Translations under genes and position numbers: made by a program
In this document: positions 13,175 through 23,500 of the stretch, one piece after another
Position numbering within the stretch: position 1 is the first letter of the stretch
How the letters are laid out: each line of letters opens with the position of its first letter
Notes under the pieces: generated by a model
Told to the model about the DNA's origin: nothing
The model's input: the letters and a program-made list of their open reading frames with translations, nothing else
Databases searched by the model: none
Assembly (NCBI RefSeq): GCF_021869535.1
Contig: NW_026262723.1
Span: 93,372,001 to 93,436,000, forward strand
Source: Mytilus californianus
Taxonomy: Eukaryota
Reading direction: 5' to 3'
Length of the DNA stretch: 64,000 bases

Positions 13175-13702
13175 TTATATATCATAATCTAACGAATCTA
13201 AACTACTTTTGTTCGTATTTGTTGAGAGAAAGCTAGATCTCATACTTTTCGTACCATTGACATTTAACCAGTTCTTGTACGCCATTGGGAAATACCTCTG
13301 TGATGGTGGTAAATTAAGTCTGTCACAAGCTTTTGAAATTTCTGTTACCTTCATTTTTCGTTCATTAGCACTCCTCATTCGCAGTCTGATATAACTTGCT
13401 ACCGTTGGCTGACTTAATCTCTCAACACTACAATTTTGAGATTCATATGAAGATGGTTCTGGGTGTAGAGGTTTGACCTCCGATTCTGTTTCCTGTATGG
13501 GAGTTCTCATCCGAGGTGTGTATAACCGTTTAGATATTTCTGTAGCTTTACTTCCCGACACAGTTCTGAATGCAGGTGCTTTCGGAATGTACGCTTTGTA
13601 TTCCGGTACATATTCGTAGGTAATGAAATTAGAATTCGTTTTTACATCCACATAAACAGGCTTTCTGGCACTTTTTCGCTGATTGTCTACTTTCCGTTTC
13701 AT
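13175..13702 (-). CDS. Uncharacterised intronless protein, family copy C4 (175 aa from ATG 13702; alternative ATG at 13789)
   Basis: The supplied ORF starts at a GTG (13813). Blocks YEYVPEYKAYIPKAPAFR..KRLYTP, ERLSQPTVASYIR and CDRLNLPPSQ..YKNWLNVNG; NSNFITY aligns with NVNFVNY of C3. Confidence 0.85.
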   Translation of the reverse strand: MKRKVDNQRKSARKPVYVDVKTNSNFITYEYVPEYKAYIPKAPAFRTVSGSKATEISKRLYTPRMRTPIQETESEVKPLHPEPSSYESQNCSVERLSQPTVASYIRLRMRSANERKMKVTEISKACDRLNLPPSQRYFPMAYKNWLNVNGTKSMRSSFLSTNTNKSSLDSLDYDI

Positions 13703-14393
13703 TGTCCTGTTCTCTAAAGAAATGTTTGTGCTGTATATATTCCTAATGTTGTGTTTCTGAACAGATTGAAACCCTGTACTAAAAGCCATTACTATCCAAC
13801 GCAAAAATGTCACAAGTTACAATAAAATGTATATGTAGTATTGTGCAAACATTGATAAATGTGAATCTATTGGCTTGATTTTTAAAATATACACTATTCA
13901 CTTGTGCGAATAAACTTCCTTATTAAGTGAGTTGCTAAAGGTGAAAAAATGAGAAGATTGCATCAATATCTTCAATTATCAATCACTAAGGAAAACGTCA
14001 AATGCGTTAAGGGTCCTACAATTCATGTGTCTATAGCAAAAACAAACAAAAGATAAAGTTTGATAAATAGAAATACAAACATACTTATTAAAGGTACTAT
14101 AGCATTCTGTATACCAATAAAGGAAAGTTTAAATATTTTTATCAATCATACTTAAAGAAAGCAAACGTGTCAGGCTATTTAAGTTAAATGCAAAATTAGA
14201 GAGAAATGACATTCAACAAATCGTTTGTGGTGTATCACGATTTATATTGTCATAAGTAATTGACATTTGTCTGGTAAACCAGTGTGTGCGCAGATTGTAA
14301 AACAGTTTATTTATTACAAGTGTTAAAACCCTTGCAGGTAGTAGATAACTTAAAATGAACATATAATAGCTGAACACATGAACAGAAAAGGGT

Positions 14394-14573
14394 AAAGATA
14401 CCAAAGGGCAATTAAAAACTATAGGTTAAAGAAAAACAGACAATATAAACGTCGAAAAGAAAATCAAGTACACGAAACAATACACAGAAAACAAAAGAGT
14501 GAGCACCACTAACCAAACCAAAACCAGAGTTAACTAGATATTCCAGAATGGTAAGCAGTTCTTCCTCCACTGA
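14394..14573 (-). mobile_element. Degenerate family E tail
   Basis: Reverse complement has gaactgcttaccattc..agtgtgg..tctgtgtattgttt..ccctttggtatct-like segments matching 16915-17150. Confidence 0.5.
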
Positions 14574-14853
14574 AATAGTTCCTTAAACCAATGAAACACC
14601 AACTCAAATTCTAAAAGCGATGATGTAAGCATGTAAAACATAAAAACAAGTTTCTTTACCAATGTATCCTTTCTTTTCGTACCATAAGAAACAATCACAT
14701 TTCTACCTGAACGTGGATGTTAAGCAAACCACAATTAATTAATATTTTTAATATCTGTTTTATTAGTAGGAATTGGCATGTTAAGTGATTATATCAAAAG
14801 GTGAAGAAAAGAGCAAGTTTGTCTATCAAATCAACACGAATAATAAATACTCT

Positions 14854-15077
14854 ATGTTAGCAGCTACTTTAAATTTAATGAGTTAACAATCAATGATTTA
14901 TTTACTTAATGTACAAAAATTGAGTTCTCAAATATGAAAAAATCGCATACTTCTTTTGCTGTACATGTTAGCAGCTACTTTAAATTTAATGAGTTAACAA
15001 TCAATGATTTATTTACTTAATGTACAAAAATTGAGTTCTCAAATATGAAAAAATCGCATACTTCTTTTGCTGTACAT
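14854..15077. repeat. Exact tandem duplication, 2 x 111 bp
   Basis: 14854-14964 is identical to 14965-15075. Confidence 0.95.
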
Positions 15078-15843
15078 TTCTGCAGAAAGTACTTGTAGTT
15101 GTCAAATTGACAACATTTGTGTTATTTTCTTATATTGAAACTTTGCAATAATATCAGGGGGTCCACAGAAGGGAAACGAATTTACATCCTATGTAAACAT
15201 TAGACGATTTTGTTTATCAAAACACAGTTATATATAAATATACATATAAAATGGTTGTATCTTCTAAATTTGTTAAATTGTTGTAGAATTAGCACGACGT
15301 CTTGACTCTGGTAATACTTTTGTGAATACAGGTATGCTTGTGAGATATTCTTATGGTACTTGTGGAAAGTTGCACATTTTATAAAAATATCACACCACAA
15401 GTCATGTGTTCAATAATACATTTAGTATAATTTATTAAAAATAAATACAAAACCATTAACAAGTAACATGGTAAAAGTTAAAATCACTCTTTAAACCTGA
15501 AATATATAAAGATAAATAATACATTTAAATCGCACAAGGTAAAATAAGAAAATACATTGAATATACCTATTTTGTCGATAATTCATTTACAAGGCCATCG
15601 CTGTCTAGTGTCAATTTAAAGGAAAAGCTTCATAACCATTGATGTTAACTAGTTTTAATAAATAAATGTAAATTTGTTGTATTTTCCAACTAGACAGCAA
15701 CCAAACAACACATAAACAAGAAAAGACACCTATAAACCAACATGCATTTTTCGTTGAATGTCTCCCTGTAATGTGTATAGCGTTGCTGTATGAACTCTTG
15801 TATGAATAAATAATAAATAAATTTTATTTTATTATTGTGTGTC

Positions 15844-16015
15844 CTAAGCCGTATATAGCAGAAATTTTAGAAATGTTTGGTGTTTAATGCTCTTCAACTT
15901 CGTAAATGGACTTGGCCTTTAAACTGTTATGGTTAGAGCGCCACAAATGAGTCTTAGGCAGACGAAACGCGAGCCTGGAGTACCAAATTATAGGCCTGGT
16001 ATCTTCGAAGAGTTT
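15844..16015 (+). mobile_element. Retrozyme-like repeat B1, degenerate hammerhead layout
   Basis: gagcgcca-CAAATGA(15944-15950)-GTCT taggc AGAC-GAAA(15964-15967)-cgc gagcctg gag-TA; stem II is intact. Confidence 0.7.
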
Positions 16016-16329
16016 GTATGTGCAGTATAGGGACTGATTTCAGAGGATAGTACGGTATGATTTAAAATCATCAGGTAAACTTTGTTGAGTTTACGTTCAG
16101 TAATTACGAGCATTATTTAGTACGGTATATAAACATAGATAATATATTTTCGTGTACTTATTATCATACCGTTATTTAAGAGTTAAGTGATTTTCTGTAT
16201 ATTACTTTTTTTTATTGTTTTCTTTTCTTTTATTGAAATTTTTTTTACTCCACAAAACGCGATTAGCAAGGTGAACGAGATCTAAAAAAAATAGGTTTAA
16301 CCTAGTACTAGTAATCAAGATCTAAGTTG

Positions 16330-16700
16330 GAGGGTTGCTGCTTAAATGGAAGCTACTGGTCCAAGAGTTCCAAGTGGTAAATTTGAATTCACCCCTTTGA
16401 AAATTTTACGTACACCATCACGAGATGGTAGACTGTTATGGAATATGTGTTTCAAAGATGACGACGGATATGTTCCAATTGTCGTAACCACAATTCCGTC
16501 CTCTTTTCCTCGAATGTGACCTGGCGAATAAGACGTATTACCGGATTTGTACTTACATGAGCAACACGAAGGGTGCTACATGTGAAGCGAAATTTGCTTA
16601 CCCTTCCAGGGCACTTGAGATCACCCCTTGTTTTGTTTAAAAGCGGTTCGTGTTGTCCTTGCTTAAGTTTTTAATGGTGTTCTTTGTTCTTTTTATTTTT
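16330..16700 (+). mobile_element. 3' end of a Penelope-like/RT ORF plus tail (family E)
   Basis: Translates GLLLKWKLLVQEFQVVNLNSPL*KFYVHHHEMVDCYGICVSKMTTDMF, a degenerate form of the recalled RT C-terminal motif KLLxQGFxxxKLKSSLRKFYGRHH, followed by the family E tail. Confidence 0.7.
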
Positions 16701-16914
16701 TGAATGTCTGTCATTTTTATAACGGTAACAATCTCGTCTATCCTTTGTCATGGAAAATTTGCTTCAATTTCAAAATTGCATATTCGGTCAAGTTCCAAGG
16801 TTAGAAAATTTACATGAATTTTGTGATGTCTTAGTGTTAGATAAGAGAGAATTTCCAATCGCTATTGCTTGATGCCTTGCTAACCACTTGATTTAACTTA
16901 TCAACATATTGTAT

Positions 16915-17150
16915 AGGAGTAACACGACGGGTGTCGCATGTGGGACAGGATCTGCTTACCTTCCAGAGAACATGAGATCACCCCCGGATTTTGGTGGGGT
17001 TCGTGTTGCTCAGTCTTTAGTTTTCTATGTTATGTTTTGTGTACTGATGTTTGTCTTTTCATCTTTTTTTCGTTTTTTCGTCATGGCATTGTCCGTTTGT
17101 TTTCGACTTATGAGTTTGAATATCCCTTTGGTATCTTTCGCCTTTCTTGT
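16915..17150 (+). mobile_element. Family E SINE-like tail copy
   Basis: aacacgacgggtgtcgcatgtgggacaggatctgcttaccttccagagaacatgagatcacccccggattttggtggggttcgtgttgc...ccctttggtatctttcgcc; at least 6 relatives in the window. Confidence 0.75.
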
Positions 17151-17155
17151 AATTT

Positions 17156-17282
17156 GACGCCTCGGTGGCCTCGTGGAAATGTGCTTGCCTTGAGTTCAGA
17201 CGCTCGTGAGTTGCAGTGGTGTCAAACCAAATATTCTAAAATAGGTATTTGCTGTTTCTACACTAATCATAAATCATTTTAA
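17156..17282 (+). mobile_element. Degenerate tRNA-derived CORE-type SINE (5' part)
   Basis: tRNA-like head (cgcctcggtggcctcgtgg..tgcttgccttgag) followed by gtcaaaccaaa..taaaataggtatttgctgtttct, resembling the recalled CORE domain. Confidence 0.5.
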
Positions 17283-17334
17283 GTTCGGGCAAACTCTTCA
17301 CTTTCACACACACGAAGACACATAGTCACACTTA

Positions 17335-17531
17335 CTATTTATTTGTAGGTCGACCGTCATCGTCACAAGTCACAGAATCTGCCCAGTCACAAGTTATTTT
17401 CTTTGGATTAAATCTTAATTCACTTGGGCATCTATAATGGAATGTTCTTCCCATATGACATACAAAATATTTATTACAGTTATTTGGGTCTTGAAAATAT
17501 CCAAACGGTTTTCGTCTACATGAGAATGAGT
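17335..17531 (-). CDS. Chitinase last exon: CBM14 chitin-binding domain
   Basis: ttctttcag acceptor; [60 protein letters not shown]; six Cys in CBM14 spacing. Confidence 0.9.
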
Positions 17532-20500
17532 CTGAAAGAATAAAATCAGATCAAATTATTGAAAAACTTAAAAATACAGCAATTGTTTTAATGAGGCATT
17601 AATATTCATTTGTTCAACCAAAATGCATGCAGTATCACCTCGTCGTTTGACAACACTGCGAGGATGTATTTATCCTTTCGTTTTAAAACACTTGATATCT
17701 TTAAATGTCATTACCAGCAAGATATGCTTAAAAGTAATGTTACAATTGCATAAATATACAGTAAATTTTAACACATGTGCAAAACAGAGACAAGTGCAAT
17801 GATATTACTTGGATTTAACTAAGCCCCGTTTTCAAAATAATTAATCTACCAAACAGTTGACTGGGGTGTCGAAATGTGGTCATCACTGATTTCTCCCGTC
17901 CGGCAGTAAAGCCCTAGCTAAAAAGGGGCGTCCGTTAAGCTGTGCGTTATGTATAAATACGCGGCCACGTCCGGTTGAAATGGGGACGTTAAATCCGATG
18001 CCTCGTGAAGTGTGATTGTCACGCTCTCTGCACGTTAAAGAATCCTTGCAACAACTCTCTGCGGGGTATGTATGTGGCCTGTTGCAAGACATAATTTTAT
18101 ACCAAATCCAGCATACCCTCGTTTTCCAGCGATAGTCCGTAGAACCTACCATTTGTAATAATTGTTAATTTTGTTCATGTTCAGAATATGCATGAAATAT
18201 TGGCAATGGACATAAAACAAACAACAATCAATCAATCATTAAGAATGACAACCTCCTGTTTTGCTAATTTAGTTTAGAACATAAAATACTTCCACACTGA
18301 CTGGTGAATTGAAATTTTGAGCAAGATACAGTTGCCTTTATACTGCTATATTATAAACTTATTTGATTAAAATGGTGTATGAAAATTAAAAATTAGTACA
18401 AGTTTTTAGTACTCAGGCTATTATCTGAATAATCGATATCTTATAGATGACCATCATGTCACATTCAAATTCAAATTCTTTATAACCTTGAACTTAATAG
18501 TTCATCGGTGTCAAAATAAAATTTCAAATTAAACAAGTAAACAGACAGAGAACGTTCATGTTATAATGTTGTCTCTGATTTCAAATGCAGTAAAATGTAT
18601 TTTCTTAAATTATTTAACTGTTTGATGTTTTTTATACTTAAACGTTCAATAAGTTTCGTTACTGGCGTCAAATTTTAATAGAAAGGTTAACAGCTTAATC
18701 CCATCGCGTGCTCCCTGGTCTGTTTCTTCGTTATTTATCGGTTGCACATACAGAAAATATTTATTTTTAATGGAACTGGAATTATTTTGTATTACACATT
18801 TTGTTAGTCTTAGTAATAAAATTATGTTATTGTACTAAAAGAAGGTTGCCTCAGGAAAAACATTTTATTTAAATACAATATTTAAATTGCGAAATACGAT
18901 GAAGGTAGCAACGTTAGAGAGTTATATATTATAGCTGATAAAAACTTACATGTTGGTTAAAGGCGGCATAACTCAATATATTTATGAGATGAAAAACTGA
19001 TAGCTTACAGAAATTAATTTAGAAATTCGAAAAAAAAATGAATGGTGTTATTTGGAATATACCGTCATACGAACGAGATCTATATTTATTTCTTTCAAGA
19101 AAAGCCTTCGCATTTGAATTCGTTTACTTTTAACATGAACAATAGATTTTACAACTCTGATATACAATGAATATACAGCTGTTTGTATTAAGTTAATGAA
19201 TACTTAAAAAAAAATAATGTCGAAATGCAATGTTATTTCAGCGGAAACAAAACCCCTCAAAATGCATTTAACCCCAATTTAGGAAACACAAATTATATCG
19301 TGACATATTCAACAATTCCATCCAATTTTTCAAGTGATTAAATGACAATTTTACACCAGAAATGATGAATATTTTTGGCTTTAATTCAACACATACTTCA
19401 AAGCTGCATCACTAAAGCTATTTTATTAAATGTTCAATCACACGCAGCTGGCATTTTGTTAAATATGAAAATTTCACGTTGTATGCATACTCTTTTCCAT
19501 TTAATGTTTACTTCTTACTTTTTCTATATTTCAATTAGCCAAATGACTGCTTTTGTTGAATAAAACAACAAATATCCTCTAAAAAATGAAAATAACTATT
19601 TATAAATTCCATGCGTCCTAAGCGCTTTTCTGGATTTACCTTCACCAGGAACGCTCAAAGCCGAATATTTGAAAGCGAAGGATGTATAAAAACCGAAACA
19701 GTTAAATAGCTATATGACGGAAAATAAACCAAATAATATCCAAATAGCTCTTAACTGACACAAAAGTTACATATAATATTCTTTGATATGTGATAAAACT
19801 CTTATGTAGAGTTCTATGCATGTATTTAGACTAAATTTGATAATACAGCATCAGAAACTTGTAAGACGTGTTCATTGCAATACCTTATTACTGTAAAAGA
19901 CATATACCCCTTTCCAAAACTTAAATCACTATCTAATTACAAAAAAAAAATCAACCGATACAAAAATGCTAGTTTTTTAATGTGATGACAAATCCTTTCA
20001 AGATGGATCTGTTTTCCTTGTTAAATCAACACCAATAGAATAACACCAATACTTACATTTTCCGTAAACCAGTTCGTTTGGTGCCCAGATTGGAGGAGGT
20101 GCTATTTTAGTGGGTGGGGTTTCGTAATGCAAATCAGCTGTCCACAGCTTTGTAGTAGCTTCTGGTATTGGAGACAATGTTGTCGGAGTTTTCATTGTTG
20201 TTGTTGTTGTTGCTGTTGTTGTTGTAACTGTTGTTGGAGTTATATGACGATGCGTTGTTGGTTTTGGTAATATTTTTCTGGTCGTATTTGACGTCAAATT
20301 TAATACTTTATCCCTTTCTATCTTTTGTAAGGTCGATGATAATGTGTGCGTCAGAGGAAATGGCACAACTGATGATGAGCATTTTTTACCAAAGTCGTCC
20401 AGAGATAAAGACCAGACCATGCTTCCACCATATCCTTCCCTGGCTATCCATTCCGCCTACAATTACTCCATAGTTTTAATATAGCGAAATAACTTGGAAA

Positions 20501-23500
20501 TGATCAGTTGAAATAATCTTACATCTCTTACGGATCTTGGATTCATTTACAGAACTTTAATAAAGTTAGAGATTTAATAAACAGAGTAAAAAACTATGGT
20601 ATTTTAGCAAATAAAGATAGGAATAAACAGAGATTCAATGAGGCAGCAGCATCCAAATGGAACAAGTTCGCCAGATCTATAGAAATCTAATAAAATATCA
20701 GCATATCTCTATTTAGTTACCATCTTTTTTTTACAAAAAGGGGTTCTAGCCCCCACTCTTTATACATCGTATATTCATTTTACCTTGGTTCTAATACTGT
20801 CCTCGTCATCATAGCCAATCCACAGATCTCCTTTCACATAGTAAGGTACCATTTGTTCTTCATCTCTGTATATCTTACCTTTCCCGTCATTTTGTAACTG
20901 ACATATCTAATTTAGTATAATACAATAGTAATGTGAGGTGTTATACTGCTTCGTTTGTGAAATGGAAAATATAAAATATCAAAAGTAAAAAAAATATATA
21001 ACGTTGAGAAGGACTTTAAATTTAGACTGTACCAAACACATAACCTGAAACTTAACAGATTATCACATATTTGATTCATTGCTATGTGTTCGAGTGAGTT
21101 AATGACCAAGTTGATTCATTGCTATGTGTTCGAGTGAGCCAATGACCAAGTTGATTCATTGATATGTGTTTGAGTGAGCCGATGACCAAGTTGATTCATT
21201 GCTATGTGTTCGAGTGAGTCAATGACCAAGTTGATTCATTGCAATGTGTTCGAGTGAGTCAATGACCAAGTTGATTCATTGCTATGTGTTCGAGTGAGCC
21301 AATGACCAAGTTGATTCATTGTTATGTGTTCGAGTGAGTCAATGACCAAGTTGATTCATTGCTATGTGTTCGTGTGAGCCAATGACTAAGTTGATTCATT
21401 GCTATTTGTTCAAGTAAGCCAATGACCAAGTTGATTCATGCGTCCGCAGCATTTTCTGGATATACCTTCACCGGGAACGCTCAAACACAAACACACTAAA
21501 AGCTAATGATTTATAAATACTTAAATACTTGAGTAGTTATATGACCTAAAGGAGACATTAAAAGCATTGCAAAATTTATCTTAAAGTGAAAATATTAGGA
21601 TTTTTTGGTGCTTCTTCTCCGAACATTTCATATATATTTGGCTTTGAAAACTTTTGATCTCGTCCGTACCTAATGGTTATTTCCGTAACACATGTTGTAC
21701 GCACCATGGGGATCATATTGGTTTTTTCTGTCCTCAGTATGTATACATTACAAAAAGTTCACCTGCTTTATCTTAGACTTTCTTTAAAATAACTTACATT
21801 TTTATGAGGTTTTCCTTTACTTATTAGAAAAACATTTTATTTAGAGCTATGCATTTATGAAACATTATTTAATTATTTCGACTTTACTAGAGAAATCTTT
21901 GTCATGCAGTTGTCACACATTAAATGTGAAGTTGTGAAACAGTCTATAATCATTTGTACATTACATAGTTTTGAAGGTCTATTCATGTATAATACACAAT
22001 ATCATTTTTATTTTACTCCTAAGTTATTGACAAACACTACCTCATAATAGGAATAAAATCCTATTTCCTGCGTAAATGATCCCTTTGGACCAGGTCCAGT
22101 GACTGGTGCGCCAATGCCAAAATTATTAACGGGATCTGCCAGGACAAATGACCGACCGTACGTTGCTACTCCAATATTCAGTTTATGTTTAGGTGTGCCT
22201 TTAGAAACCCAGTACTTTGCTGCTTTCTCCTGAAAAAAAAAATTCAGTATTTCACAGATAAATGGTGATTATTATTACAAGTTCATTGTGCATACCTTGC
22301 ATGAACTATTATATAATTAGTATCCAAAAATTACTTGATACCAATAAAATTCTGGAAACCGGCCAAAAAATAAATAAAATGTTCAGTCAAAAGTGGACAA
22401 TTTTGAAACCTATAAATGAACGGGAAAATCTTAAACTTCTATAGTATATATAAATGTATGTAATTAATGTGTTTCTTGGTGTATGCTATTTTAATATTTT
22501 GATTGATTGACATCCAGTAATGCATATTTAGAGTTATAAGAACATTATATAATGTCATGTCATAATTGTTTTAGGTAATACACAATTACCAAAACTCGTT
22601 CAAATTAATTGCACATTACCAAATTATAAGTTTATTCAGTGCACCCATGTTTTACGTAATTGTCACGATGTTCTTGAAATTGTTATGTATAAACTGACTG
22701 AAACATGAAAAAAGTCTCAGACTCATGTTAATTAAATAATTCCTTGGTTTTTTTTTCTAAACTTAAATTCGATTCGACAAATTAAATGAATGCCTGAACA
22801 GTTTAATATGCTTCTTCAAAACAGATGCCACAGAATGTAATCATTTTTATTTGTAGAAAGGATAAAATCAGATTGGTGATAAAAAAAAAAGCAAACAAAA
22901 AAGACTTTAAGACAGATATTGCCGCTACACTAACATTTTTCATGATTAATAATTGTAGAATGTGGTACTGGTCCTACAACATACAATGATCCACCGAAAT
23001 GGTTCTTATTATACATACGTTACAGCTACACCGTACGACTACGGGCCAATTCTGGCTGTTTTGTATGGAATGTTGTGTTCGTTTGTTTCTTCTGAAACAC
23101 CTTTATGATTCCCCGGCAGTTTTAAATATAAGGAGTTGGCTCTATCCTTATTTTCCAACGATTTTTTGCAGTATTCCTTGTAATTGATTGTCTGCGAGTG
23201 AGTTTTTCGTAGACATTTTTGTTTTCCCTGTAATATGGTCAATTAACTACTCCACTAATTTCTGATAAAACAAGCCTGCTGTTTTTGTGTTTTTATTTCA
23301 TAATATAATTAAGCAAAGACTTACAGTGTTCATGTTAGCAGAACCTGAATCCTTACTGCTACCAAACAATGGACTATTATGACCTGTTTTCCGTTCCCAA
23401 CCTCCATGAAAATCGTATGACATTAAGTTGAGGAAGTCCAGATATCTGCATAAATGAACAATATGTATGTTATTTTTATGATTTTGTAAAATACATGTTG

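Noticed and set aside
13703-13813. N-terminal extension of the 212-aa ORF
   Set aside because: It starts at GTG and has no counterpart in the paralogues; ATG 13702 (or 13789) is preferred.
16915-17020. HDV-like ribozyme fold in the family E tail
   Set aside because: A P1-like pairing (GGGUGC/GCACCU in the recalled consensus) is possible, but I could not place P1.1, a canonical L3 or J4/2; it needs a covariance search.
16909-17282. Hydrophobic ORFs here and at 36086-36426, 38814-39032, 45153-45338 and 55554-55777
   Set aside because: They are translations of T-rich family C and E repeats, not membrane proteins.
21071-21439. 40-bp and 41-bp (52652) arrays as CRISPR arrays
   Set aside because: Units are contiguous with no unique spacers, no cas genes are present, and the context is eukaryotic introns.
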